Shown here: in pieces, positions 8,848 to 18,355 of the stretch
Layout: each line of letters starts with the position of its first letter
Position numbering within the stretch: the first letter of the stretch is position 1
NCBI GenBank assembly: GCA_016182965.1
Contig: JACPFM010000006.1
Span: forward strand, 9,160-73,159
Direction: 5' to 3'
From: Deltaproteobacteria bacterium
GTDB lineage: Bacteria; Myxococcota_A; Polyangia; Polyangiales; JADJMO01
DNA length: 64,000 bases
Program-made: the position numbers and the translations under genes
The notes under the pieces: generated by a model
Databases searched by the model: none
What the model was told of the DNA's origin: nothing
What the model saw: only the letters and a program-made list of their open reading frames with translations

Positions 8848-10580
8848 GGGCGCCGCTCCTCCTCGCCGCGGTGTCGGTGTCGCTGTCGATGACCGTGACG
8901 GGCTGCCGCACACCGACCGCGATCACCGTGCACGTCCTCAGCGACGTCCCGTGCGACAAACAGCGCGGCGTGATCGTCGCCGCCGGCGCGCCCGAGGAGT
9001 ACGAGTCGCTGCCGCCGGCGGGCCGATCCTCGCGCTGCTCACCGCTCGGCAACGGGCTGTACGACCTCGGCACGCTCGTCGTCGTGCCGCGCAAGGATCG
9101 CGAGGCGCGGATCGGCATCCGCGCGGTGCTCGGCGCCCGCCGCGACGCGGAGGCCTGCTCCTCCGCCGACCAGTGGGCCGGCTGCATCGTCGCGCGACGC
9201 CTGCTGCACTACCTGCCGAACGACGAGCTCACCGTCGACATCCTGCTGCGGCAGGACTGCGCCGACGTGGCCTGCGACGCGCGGACCACCTGCGTCGATC
9301 GGACCTGCGGCGGCGCGCAGATCGATCCCGGCGCGTGCCTGTCCGGCTGCGGCGAGGGCGCGCTCCCCGCCGCGAGGACGTGCGACACGCCGGGCGAGGT
9401 CGCCTGCGAGGGAGGCCTGCGTCTCACCTGCATGCCCGGCGGGGTGCTGCGCTCGGAGGACTGCGGCATCGCGTGTACTACGACATCGTGTGTCGGTGCG
9501 ACCGCGGTCGTCGCCATGGCTGCCGCTGGGCAGAAGGGCACCACCTGCGCGCTCGTCGACGGCGCGGTGTACTGCTGGGGTGACAACGCCGCCGGCCGCC
9601 TCGGGACGCCCACCGCGCCGCCGGCGACCACACCGACGAAGGTCGCAGGCCTCCCGCGCATCGTGCAGCTCGCGTCGATGGGCACGGCCAGTCACGTCGT
9701 CGCGCTCGACGACACCGGCGGCGTGTGGTGCTGGGGCACCAACGACAGCCGCCAGTGCGGGCTGCCGGTGAGCGGGCCCGTGGCCGTGCGCAGCGTCGAG
9801 AAGCGCGGCGGCGGCGCGTGGGTCGACGTCGTGCAGGTGGTCGCTTCGAGCAACTCGACCTGCGTGCGACGGTCCAACGGCGTGGTCGAGTGCTTCGGCG
9901 GGGGCTCCGTCGGGCAGCTCGGGCGCGGCGACACCTCACCCGACGACAGGCCGAGCCCGGTGCTCGTCGCCGGCGCGTGGTCCGGCGTCGCGCGGGACGT
10001 CGCGTGCGCCACCAACGCCTGCTGCGTCCTCGACGACAAGGGGGCGGTCGCCTGCTTCGGCAACAACAGCTCCGGGCAGATCGGCGTCGGCTCGACCGAG
10101 ACGCGCATCCCGACGCCGAGCGCGGTGAAGCTGCCGGCGGAGGCGCGCGCCATCCGCGCCGGCGACAACGCGTTCTGCGCGATGCTCGTCGACGATCGCG
10201 TGGCGTGCTGGGGCGACGGCGACTGGAACCTCCTCCTCGCCGACAAGCTGCTCGAGCGCACGCCCGTGGTCGTCGAGGCGCTCTCGGGCAAGGGTGTGCG
10301 CGATCTCGCGATCGCGTTCCCGACCGGCCACTACGCCACCACCGCTGCGGGCACCGTCGGGGGCACGACGTGGGGCTGGGGCACCTCTGGTCTCGGCAAG
10401 AGCCCGCTCGCCCCGGTCGCCTCGCTCGCCGGCGCACGGACGGTCAGCCTCGCCTTCCAGCACGCGTGCGCCCTCGTCGCCGGTCAGGTGCTCTGCTTCG
10501 GGACGGACGCGAACGGCGCGCTCGGCGACGGCACGCTCACGCCGCACGCGGCTCCCGCGCCGGTGAAGTGGCCGTTCTGA
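8844..10580 (+). CDS. Lipoprotein with RCC1-like beta-propeller repeats
   Basis: ATG 8844 overlaps the previous stop. Lipobox 'LSMTVTGC'. Repeated 'CWGDNAAGRLG', 'CWGTNDSRQCG', 'CFGGGSVGQLGRG', 'CFGNNSSGQIGVG', 'CFGTDANGALGDG'. Confidence 0.85.
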   Translation: MRAPLLLAAVSVSLSMTVTGCRTPTAITVHVLSDVPCDKQRGVIVAAGAPEEYESLPPAGRSSRCSPLGNGLYDLGTLVVVPRKDREARIGIRAVLGARRDAEACSSADQWAGCIVARRLLHYLPNDELTVDILLRQDCADVACDARTTCVDRTCGGAQIDPGACLSGCGEGALPAARTCDTPGEVACEGGLRLTCMPGGVLRSEDCGIACTTTSCVGATAVVAMAAAGQKGTTCALVDGAVYCWGDNAAGRLGTPTAPPATTPTKVAGLPRIVQLASMGTASHVVALDDTGGVWCWGTNDSRQCGLPVSGPVAVRSVEKRGGGAWVDVVQVVASSNSTCVRRSNGVVECFGGGSVGQLGRGDTSPDDRPSPVLVAGAWSGVARDVACATNACCVLDDKGAVACFGNNSSGQIGVGSTETRIPTPSAVKLPAEARAIRAGDNAFCAMLVDDRVACWGDGDWNLLLADKLLERTPVVVEALSGKGVRDLAIAFPTGHYATTAAGTVGGTTWGWGTSGLGKSPLAPVASLAGARTVSLAFQHACALVAGQVLCFGTDANGALGDGTLTPHAAPAPVKWPF

Positions 10581-10601
10581 ATCCGTCACGGCCGCGAGAC
10601 G

Positions 10602-10621
10602 CTGCGGGGGCGCCCCCGCAG
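10602..10621 (+). terminator. Perfect 20-bp GC palindrome downstream of the RCC1 gene (possible terminator hairpin)
   Basis: 'ctgcgggggcgcccccgcag' lies 22 nt after stop 10580. There is no U-tract. Confidence 0.35.
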
Positions 10622-10662
10622 GCGCCGCTCCGCAGCCAGGGTTTCCGGGGGCCGGATTTCCC

Positions 10663-12097
10663 GTGCGCGCTGCTGGAATGCCTGTTGCTATGACGGCGCG
10701 CATGACCCTCGACCGCCGCCTCGCGTCCGTCCTCGCCTCGATCTCCGTCTCGATCTCCGTCTTCGTCGTCGCTCCTTCGGCGCTCGCGGCGGTGCGCTCG
10801 GTCGGACCGGGCAAGACCTACGCGACGCCGTGCGCGGCGCTCGCCGCCGCAGCCGACGGCGACGCGATCGAGATCGACGAAGATCGACGCCGGCGGCAAG
10901 AGCGCGGGCGGCAAGGCGATCTGGGTCGTGCAAGGCAACGACACCACCATCGAGGACGTCGAGCTCTCGGGCTGCAAGGTCGTCGACAAGAACGGCGCGG
11001 GCATCCGACAGGAGGGTCGGAACCTCACCGTGCGGCGGGTGTACTTCCACGACAACGAGAACGGGATCCTCACCGGCGCGAACGCCGACAGCACGATCGT
11101 CGTCGAGGACTCGGAGTTCGGGAACAACGGCGCCGGCGACGGGTACTCGCACAACATGTACATCGGCGAGATCAAGAGCTTCACGCTGCGCGGCAGCTAC
11201 AGCCACCACGCGAAGGTCGGCCACCTCGTCAAGTCGCGCGCGCTCCGCAACCACATCCTGTTCAACCGCCTGACCGACGAGAACGGCAACGCCAGCTACG
11301 AGATCGATCTGCCGCAGGGCGGCCCCTCGTGGATCATCGGCAACGTCGTGCAGCAGTCGGCCTCGACCAGCAACTCCGGCCTGGTGTCGTATGCGCGCGA
11401 GTCGAAGCGCAACCCGGAGAGCGCGCTGTGGGTGGTGAACAACACCTTCTTCAACTCGCGCGGCGCCGGCACCTTCGTCGCGGTGGCCTCCGATCTCGGC
11501 ACGCCGGTGCTCCTGCGCAACAACGTCTTCGCCGGACCGGGGACGGTCTGCGATCAGGCCTCCGCGATCAAGGACTCGAACTTCGTCGGCGATCCCGGGT
11601 TCGTGAACGCCGCCGCGTGGGACTTCCACCTGAAGAGCGGCGCGACCGCCGAGGGAAAGGGCGCCCCGCCGGGCACCGGAGGGAGCGAGCCGCTCGATCC
11701 CATTTGTCAGTACGTGCACCCGGCGCGCGCGATGACGCGCAAGACCGTCGGGACGCTCGATCAAGGCGCGTTCGAGCTGGGCGGCGAGACGACGATCCCG
11801 TGCGGCGCGACCGAGCCCGCCGACGCGGGCGGCACCGGCGACGCAGGGGTCGACGCGGCGACAGGTGACGCCGGTCTCGACGCGGGCAGCGGCGACGACA
11901 GCGGCGGCCTTCCGGGTGGAGACGCGGGGGCCGACGGCGGCGCCTCGGGCGACGCAGGGGCCGACGGCGGCGCCTCGGGCGACGCGGCGACCGATGACGG
12001 CGGCTGCAGCTGCCGCGTCGGAGACTCCGACGGCGGCGCGCGCGCCCTGCCCTTCCTCGCGCTCGTCGCCGCGCTCTGGATGCGTCGCCGTCGCTGA
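10663..12097 (+). pseudogene. Right-handed beta-helix (pectate-lyase-fold) protein with MYXO-CTERM tail, frameshifted by a 10-bp tandem duplication
   Basis: Signal peptide and 'GPGKTYATPCAALAAAADGDAIEID' are in frame 1 (from 10663). The beta-helix and the 'GCSCRVG..ALPFLALVAALWMRRRR' tail are in frame 2 (ORF 10928-12097). 'agatcgacga|agatcgacgc' at 10871-10890 is a tandem repeat; deleting one copy joins the two frames. Confidence 0.75.
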
Positions 12098-12125
12098 CGC
12101 CCCCGGTGCCTGCGCCTGACTTGCC

Positions 12126-12668
12126 TCAGCCCTGCACGGCCGCCGGAGCCGACTGACGCGCGCGCTCGATGCGCTCTGCCCACGCGGCGTTGCCCTCCAC
12201 CACGAACCGCTCGACCGCGCCACCCGCGAGGTGCACGCGCAGGCCGTTGGGGATGATCCCGAGCGTGCGCGCGGCCTCGACGCGCACGACGCTCTCGAGG
12301 GGATACCACTCGTCGTGCACGCGGATGTTCACCCGGTGCGAGCGGAACCGGAGCCGCTGCGTCGTCAGGTAGAGACGCCCGCCGACCGACTCGATGCCCT
12401 TGAAGTGGTTGGCCACGCCGACGTGGAGCAGCTGCTCGCCCTCGTCGAGGACCGACGCCGCCTCCGCGTCGTCGAGCGCGCCGGACGAATTGAGCCTGCG
12501 CACGAAGGCGAGCAGCCCGCCGAAGACCGCCCCGGTGCCGATCGCGACGACGATCGCGCGCCCGACGTCGCCGCTAGCGATCAAGACGACGCCGCCGAGC
12601 ACCACACCGAACACCGCGCCGGCGATGAGGGCGGCGACGAGCGCGGAGCTCTTGTCGGGTGCGGTCAT
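12126..12668 (-). CDS. Membrane protein with C-terminal bacterial PH/GRAM-like domain
   Basis: ATG 12668 (MTAPDKSS). Two Gly/Ala-rich TM helices, then 'GRLYLTTQRLRFRS..IPNGLRVHLAGG' typical of PH-like (GRAM/YokE-type) folds. Confidence 0.65.
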   Translation of the reverse strand: MTAPDKSSALVAALIAGAVFGVVLGGVVLIASGDVGRAIVVAIGTGAVFGGLLAFVRRLNSSGALDDAEAASVLDEGEQLLHVGVANHFKGIESVGGRLYLTTQRLRFRSHRVNIRVHDEWYPLESVVRVEAARTLGIIPNGLRVHLAGGAVERFVVEGNAAWAERIERARQSAPAAVQG

Positions 12669-12751
12669 CGCGCGATGGTTCGCCCTGCGCGCCTGCCGGT
12701 CAACGCGCCGCCGAGCAACCGCGACGTCGGCCGTGTTAGACACCGCCCGCG

Positions 12752-13384
12752 ATGTCCGGCGGGCTCACCTTCCTCGGCTTGTGCCTCCCCTCCCTGCTGT
12801 CGATCGTCGATCCGCTGGCGGCGGTGCCGGTCTTCGTCACGCTCGTCGCCAAGGACCCGCGAACCGAGCAGCGGCGCACCGCCATGCGCGCGGTCTTCAC
12901 CATGACGGTGATGCTGGCGCTCTTCGCCGCCGCGGGGAACGCCATCTTCCACTTCTTCGGCATCACCGTTCCTGCGTTCAAGATCGCCGGCGGCGTGCTG
13001 CTCTTCTCGATGGCGCTCGAGATGATGCGCGCGCACCCCTCGGCCGTGCGCTCCAAGCCCGAGGAGGAGCAGGAGGCCGAAGGCAAGCAGGACGTCGGCA
13101 TCGTCCCCCTCGGCATCCCGCTGCTGTCCGGCCCCGGCGCGATCGCCACCGCCATGATGTGGGCCGCGCGCGCCAAGACGCCGGCCGAGAACGCCGCCCT
13201 CTACGGCTCCATCCTGTTCGTCGGCGTCGTCACCCTGCTCACGCTCGTCTTCTCGACGAAGCTCCTCGCGCGCCTCGGCAAGACCGGCATCAACATCGCG
13301 ACGCGCATCATGGGCCTGATCCTCGCGGCGACCGCGGCGCAGTTCCTCATCGACGGCATCCGCGAGGCGATGCAGCGCGCGTGA
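12752..13384 (+). CDS. MarC-family integral membrane protein
   Basis: 'LLSIVDPLAAVPVFVTL', 'IVPLGIPLLSGPGAIAT', about six TM helices, 210 aa. Confidence 0.85.
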   Translation: MSGGLTFLGLCLPSLLSIVDPLAAVPVFVTLVAKDPRTEQRRTAMRAVFTMTVMLALFAAAGNAIFHFFGITVPAFKIAGGVLLFSMALEMMRAHPSAVRSKPEEEQEAEGKQDVGIVPLGIPLLSGPGAIATAMMWAARAKTPAENAALYGSILFVGVVTLLTLVFSTKLLARLGKTGINIATRIMGLILAATAAQFLIDGIREAMQRA

Positions 13385-13500
13385 CCTGCGCGGCCACCGG
13401 TGCCACGGCGTCAGCTCGTCCCTCGATCACCACGAAATTGCCGCGATTCCCCGCGGAGCGAGCGCTCGCCCCGACGTAACGCTAAGATGCGTCACTCCCG

Positions 13501-15783
13501 ATGCGGTCCGCCCTGCCCCTCTTCCTCCTTCTCGGGTCTACCGTCCTCTTCGCCTGCAGCGGCTCCAACCCCGAGGACCAGCCGCAGCCGGGCAACGACG
13601 CCTACGTCCCCCCTCTCGAAACCGGCGGCGAGACCGGCGGCGAGACCGCGCCGACGGGTGACACCGCGGTCGCGCCCGACGCCGTCACCGACGCGCCCGA
13701 AGACGCGCCGAGCAGCGTCCCGACGCGGTCGTGCAAGACGACGTTCGAGCTCGCCCCGGGGGCGTCCTCCACCACCATCGAGATCGCCGGCGAGTGGGAC
13801 GGCTTCAAGAAGGCGGCGATGACCGACGCCGGCTCCGGCAAGTGGCGCGCCGAGCTCGACCTGCCGAAGGGCGACTACGGCTACAAGTTCGTCGTCGGCG
13901 GCACCGACTGGCGGCTCGATCCCTCGCACGGGCGCCGCAAGTACGTCGGAGGCGTCGAGAACTCGCGGGTGATCGTCGGCGACTGCAACGTGCCGCTGCT
14001 GCGCGTCGCGTCGCACGTCGCCACCCCCGGCTCCGGCGCCGTCGACGTCGCCTTCCAGTACGTCGACGGCGCCGAAGCCAAGGGCCTCGACGTCGGCAGC
14101 GTGAAGGTGGTCGCGGCAGGCCTGACCTTCGCCCCCGCCATCGACGGGACGTCCGGCCGCATCACCGCCAAGGTCGGCGGCGCCGCCAAGGGCAAGTACA
14201 CCTTCGTCGTCGACGCCAGGGACAAGGCCGGCCGCGCCGCCAAGACGCTCTACGTCCCCACGTGGGTCGAGGACGAGGCGTTCCAGTGGAACGACGGCCC
14301 GATGTACTTCGCGTTCACCGATCGCTTCCGCAACGGCGACGCCACCATCGACGCGAAAATCGCCGGCATCGACGATCGCGCCAACTACCAGGGCGGCGAC
14401 TTCGCCGGCGTGAAGAAGGCGATCGACGACGGGTACTTCGACAAGCTCGGCGTACGATCGATCTGGCTCTCGCCGGTCAACGACAACACCAACAAGGCCG
14501 GCAAGGGGTCCGACGGCCGCGACTACTCCGGCTACCACGGCTACTGGCCGACCGAGCCGCGCAAGACCGACGACCACTTCGGCTCGCTCGACGCGCTGCG
14601 CGCGCTCACCGCCGCGGCGCACGCGCACGGCATCCGCGTGGTCCTCGATCTGGTCAACAACCAGGTGCACCAGGATCACGCCTACGTCGCCGCGCACAAG
14701 ACCGACGGCTGGTTCAACGGCGACGGCTCGTGCGTGTGCGGCGGCGCCGGCTGTTCGTGGGACGCTCGACCGGTCGACTGCTGGTTCACGAGCTACCTCC
14801 CCGACGTCGACTGGACCAACACCGGCGCGCAGGACGCCTTCATCGACGACGCGCTGTGGTGGCTCTCGAACGCCGACGCCGACGGCCTCCGCGTCGACGC
14901 CGTCAAGCACATGAACGACGTCGCCTCGACCGCGCTCCGCACCGAGATCCGCGACCAGCTCGAGCACGGGAACGCGAAGTACTACCTGGTCGGCGAGACC
15001 TTCACCGGCGGCGACGACGGCGGCCGCGGGCTCATTCGCAAGTACATCGGCGACAACGCGCTCTGGGGCCAGTTCGACTTCCCGCTGTTCTGGTCCATCG
15101 ACTACGCCTTCGCGCAGATGGGCGGCACCATGGCCGATCTCGACGCCGCCGCGGTCAAGAGCGAGACCAGCTACGGCCCGGGCGCGCTCATGTCGCCGTT
15201 CCTCGGCAACCACGACGTCACGCGCTTCATCTCGCGCGCCGCGGGCATGATCGGGTCCAACCCGCAGGAGCAGGCGTGGAGCGCGCCGCCCGCGTCGCCC
15301 ACCAACGACGAGCCGTACGATCGCGCGTTCCTCGCGTTCGCGTTCCTCCTCGGCCAGCCGGGCGTGCCGCTCATCTACTACGGCGACGAGACGGGGCTCC
15401 CCGGCACCGCCGATCCCGACAACCGTCGCTTCCTCAAGGACGAAGGCGCGCTCTCGGCGCGCGAGAAGAAGCTGCTCGATCGCGTGCGCCTCCTCGCCAA
15501 GGCCCGCGGGACCCACCTCGGCCTCAAGCGCGGCGCGCGCAAGACGCTGCACACCGACGGCGACGGCTACGTGTTCGCGCGCGGCACCGGCGTCGACCTC
15601 GCCGTGGTCGCGATCAACCGCGGCACCACCAACCGCAGCGTGAAGGTCACCGTTCCCGCGGAGCTCGGCGCACCCGACGGGACCACCCTGAAAGACCTCC
15701 TCGGCGGGCCCGGCGTGACCGTGACGGGCGGCGCGATCGACGTGCCCTTCACCGCGAAGGGCGCGGCTCTGTTCGTTCGCTGA
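13501..15783 (+). CDS. GH13 alpha-amylase-family lipoprotein with N-terminal glycogen-binding (E-set/CBM48-like) domain
   Basis: Lipobox 'VLFACSG'. 'GEWDGF..GKWRAELDLPKGDYGYKFVVGG'. GH13 regions 'VVLDLVNNQV', 'GLRVDAVKHM', 'YLVGETF', 'FLGNHDVTRF'. Confidence 0.9.
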   Translation: MRSALPLFLLLGSTVLFACSGSNPEDQPQPGNDAYVPPLETGGETGGETAPTGDTAVAPDAVTDAPEDAPSSVPTRSCKTTFELAPGASSTTIEIAGEWDGFKKAAMTDAGSGKWRAELDLPKGDYGYKFVVGGTDWRLDPSHGRRKYVGGVENSRVIVGDCNVPLLRVASHVATPGSGAVDVAFQYVDGAEAKGLDVGSVKVVAAGLTFAPAIDGTSGRITAKVGGAAKGKYTFVVDARDKAGRAAKTLYVPTWVEDEAFQWNDGPMYFAFTDRFRNGDATIDAKIAGIDDRANYQGGDFAGVKKAIDDGYFDKLGVRSIWLSPVNDNTNKAGKGSDGRDYSGYHGYWPTEPRKTDDHFGSLDALRALTAAAHAHGIRVVLDLVNNQVHQDHAYVAAHKTDGWFNGDGSCVCGGAGCSWDARPVDCWFTSYLPDVDWTNTGAQDAFIDDALWWLSNADADGLRVDAVKHMNDVASTALRTEIRDQLEHGNAKYYLVGETFTGGDDGGRGLIRKYIGDNALWGQFDFPLFWSIDYAFAQMGGTMADLDAAAVKSETSYGPGALMSPFLGNHDVTRFISRAAGMIGSNPQEQAWSAPPASPTNDEPYDRAFLAFAFLLGQPGVPLIYYGDETGLPGTADPDNRRFLKDEGALSAREKKLLDRVRLLAKARGTHLGLKRGARKTLHTDGDGYVFARGTGVDLAVVAINRGTTNRSVKVTVPAELGAPDGTTLKDLLGGPGVTVTGGAIDVPFTAKGAALFVR

Positions 15784-15797
15784 TACCATTCGGGGCC

Positions 15798-16259
15798 ATG
15801 AGGCTCCTCCGGATCACCTTCGCCGCGCTGTTCGTCGCCGGCACGTTCGCGGCGTGCGACGACGACCACGACAACCACCCGCCGGCCGAGAACACCGGCA
15901 GCGCCTGCACCGCGCCCGACCAGTGCTACCCGGGCCTCGACGGCGGCACGCTCAAGGGAGAGGTGGAGTGCCTGACGAAGGTGCCCGGCGGCTACTGCAC
16001 GCACCGGTGCGCCAGCGACACCGACTGCTGCGCGGTGACCGGCGAGTGCAAGAGCGGCTTCAAGCAGGTGTGCGCGCCGCTCACCAACGAGACCATCACG
16101 CGCTGCTTCCTCTCCTGCGAGGACGCCGACGTGAAGGCCGCCGACCCGGCGTACGCGAGCGACACGAACGGCTACTGCGCCAAGTACGCGAACGCCGCGT
16201 TCGGCTGCCGCTCGACCGGCGGCGGCAGCGCGAACCGCAAGGTCTGCCTGCCGAACTGA
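15798..16259 (+). CDS. Cys-rich lipoprotein, unknown function
   Basis: ATG 15798, lipobox 'GTFAAC', 14 Cys in the 153-aa precursor, high GC3. Confidence 0.7.
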   Translation: MRLLRITFAALFVAGTFAACDDDHDNHPPAENTGSACTAPDQCYPGLDGGTLKGEVECLTKVPGGYCTHRCASDTDCCAVTGECKSGFKQVCAPLTNETITRCFLSCEDADVKAADPAYASDTNGYCAKYANAAFGCRSTGGGSANRKVCLPN

Positions 16260-16262
16260 TGC

Positions 16263-16393
16263 GAGTCGTCAGTCGTCAGTCGTCAGTCGTCAGTCATGAG
16301 CCGTGAGGGCGAGGCGGTGCCGAAAGCGAGCCGCAGGCGGCGGCCCGGCCCGCTCTCGAACTGACGACTGACGACTGACGACTGACGACCCGA
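16263..16393. repeat. Inverted heptamer arrays (GTCGTCA)x4 / (CTGACGA)x4 flanking a ~60-bp GC-rich spacer
   Basis: Left arm 16263-16300 starts 4 nt after stop 16259. Right arm is 16361-16389. Lies between convergent genes. Predicted ~30-bp stem. Confidence 0.9.
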
Positions 16394-16450
16394 CCTTCGC
16401 GAGTGGCGACACGTCGCGCGCCCGAGAGACGCGACCGACCAGGAGGGCGC

Positions 16451-17317
16451 TCAGGGGCGCTTCGCCTCGATGACCCGCTGCACGTCCTCCGGCACCCGAC
16501 CGAGGAAGTCGTAGCCGGTCGCCGCCTCGACCTCGTCGATCGACACCCGATAGTCGGTCCACGGCTTCGACGTCACCGACTTGCTGTTCGGCATGATCGC
16601 CGCGATCACCTCGGTCGCGGCGGTCACGTCTTTCGCGCCCTGCCCGTGCTCGAGCACCACGATGATCTTGTAGGCGGCCTTGGGCACCGCGACGCCGTGG
16701 CCGATGGTCTTCGGGTTCGCGTCGAAGATGCCGCCGGCGATCACGTACAGCTGCTTCTGTCGGCCGATCGCGAGGTCGCGGGTGAACTCCTCCATCTCCT
16801 TCCAGCGATGGCGGTTCAGCTCCGGGCGCTGCGGCTGCATGTTCGTCATCACGAAGGTGAGCGAGTTCACCTCCGGCGAGGTCGAGCGGTCCTTCGACGG
16901 GCAGAGGTGGCCGCGATCGAAGCCGGACTTCGCGTAGTCCTTCGGCGTCACCCGGTAGAGCCCGCCGGGGAGATCCTGGTCGATGCGGAAGTCGTCCTGT
17001 CGCTCGACGTCGCCGATGTCGGCGGCGGAGAGCCGCCAGGACACCCAGTTCGGATCCTCGAGCTTCGGGTTGTACGAGAGGACGAAGGCGTCGCGATCGA
17101 GGAGGACGTCGTCGGTGTCGTCGCCGTCCTTCGGCACGCCCATCGCGGCGTGGACGCTCTTGGCGATGCCCTCGATCACCGGCGCGGCGGGCGGCGGCGG
17201 CGCGGTGACGACCGGCCCCGGCGCAGGCTCCACCCGCGCGAGGCGCGCGCCCGCGCAGCCGGCGATCGCGACGACGATCGCCGCGCCGACCAGCCGCACG
17301 CGCGAGGCCCGGGTCAT
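16451..17317 (-). CDS. Secreted DNA/RNA non-specific endonuclease (NucA/EndoG beta-beta-alpha-Me family) lipoprotein
   Basis: Lipobox 'VAIAGCAG'. Catalytic 'SGFDRGHLCPS' (DRGH). 'NMQPQRPELNR'. Confidence 0.88.
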   Translation of the reverse strand: MTRASRVRLVGAAIVVAIAGCAGARLARVEPAPGPVVTAPPPPAAPVIEGIAKSVHAAMGVPKDGDDTDDVLLDRDAFVLSYNPKLEDPNWVSWRLSAADIGDVERQDDFRIDQDLPGGLYRVTPKDYAKSGFDRGHLCPSKDRSTSPEVNSLTFVMTNMQPQRPELNRHRWKEMEEFTRDLAIGRQKQLYVIAGGIFDANPKTIGHGVAVPKAAYKIIVVLEHGQGAKDVTAATEVIAAIMPNSKSVTSKPWTDYRVSIDEVEAATGYDFLGRVPEDVQRVIEAKRP

Positions 17318-17414
17318 CGCCTCGAGGATACGCGATCGTGCCGGGTTGGGTGCTGGACCTTCGACCTACGAAGCCGAAGCGGCGAGCGTCGGCTCCGAGA
17401 AAGGCGAAGTCGAG

Positions 17415-18230
17415 TCAGAGCTCGTAGAGCATGTACGGCACCTCGCTCCCGCTCCCGAGCAGCAGCGGCATCGCCACGTTGAACACGGGGATGCCTTGCG
17501 CGGTCTGTCCGGTCAGCGAGCCCTTGTGCGCGTGGCCGTGGAACACCACGTCGACCGGCGCGCGCATGAGCGGCTCCTCGAGGCGGCTGCAGCCCAGGTA
17601 GGGGTAGATCTCCTTGCGCTCGCCCTCGCACGTGGTGTCGATCGGCGCGTAGTGCATCAGCACGACCCTCTGATCGGTCTGGAGGTGCGCGAGCGCGTGC
17701 TCGAGCTTGAGCGCCTCGTCGATCGCGGCCTGCACGAACGCCTTCACCGCGGTCTCTCCCCAGAAGCCGAGCGTCCCCCGGCCGAAGCCGCCGAGGAACC
17801 CCTTGACGCCCGCGAAGCCGACGCCGTTCACCTCGACCGCTTCCCCGTCGAGCACCTGCACGCCGGCCTCGCTCAACGTGTCCGCGACCTTCTCCGGCGT
17901 GCCCGCCTCGTGGTCGTGATTGCCGAGCACGGCCACCACCGGGATGCGCACGTGCGTCAGCTCGCGCGCCAGGAGCACGGCCTCGTCCTGTGTGCCGTGG
18001 TCCGTCAGATCCCCGCACAGGACCAGCACGTCGGCGCGTTCGTGCACGCTCCCGAAGAGCGCCTCGATGCGTCCGCTCGACCCCTTCGTGCAGTGGACAT
18101 CGGCGGTCGCAGCGATGCGGACCTTCGCGCGCTGGCTCCCGCCCTCGCCTTGTCCCCAGTTTCCCGGTCCGCCGCGGCCTGGTCCTTCGCTGATGATCGT
18201 GTCACGGACCTCGCCTTGATCGCTGCCCAT
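17415..18230 (-). CDS. Calcineurin-like metallophosphoesterase
   Basis: ATG 18230 (MGSDQGEV). 'ATADVH', 'LCGDLTDHG', 'LGNHDHE', 'FHGHAHKG'. Confidence 0.85.
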   Translation of the reverse strand: MGSDQGEVRDTIISEGPGRGGPGNWGQGEGGSQRAKVRIAATADVHCTKGSSGRIEALFGSVHERADVLVLCGDLTDHGTQDEAVLLARELTHVRIPVVAVLGNHDHEAGTPEKVADTLSEAGVQVLDGEAVEVNGVGFAGVKGFLGGFGRGTLGFWGETAVKAFVQAAIDEALKLEHALAHLQTDQRVVLMHYAPIDTTCEGERKEIYPYLGCSRLEEPLMRAPVDVVFHGHAHKGSLTGQTAQGIPVFNVAMPLLLGSGSEVPYMLYEL

Positions 18231-18355
18231 CGTCGTGCTCACCCAGCGGTCATCCGGCAAGACGCATGCCCTCGCCCGGTGCGGCGCGCGGCCCCGCCGA
18301 TGGCACGCGGGCGAATCCAGGGCGCGCGGCACGTCCTTTGCGACACGACGAGGGG

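Noticed and set aside
13492-15789. 765-aa minus-strand ORF
   Set aside because: It is an exact antisense shadow of the GH13 amylase gene, which has all four GH13 signature regions. The antisense product has no motifs.
16263-16393. Heptamer arrays as a possible CRISPR array
   Set aside because: The repeat unit is 7 bp with no spacers, and the arrays are inverted copies of each other. No cas genes are present. This is not CRISPR architecture.
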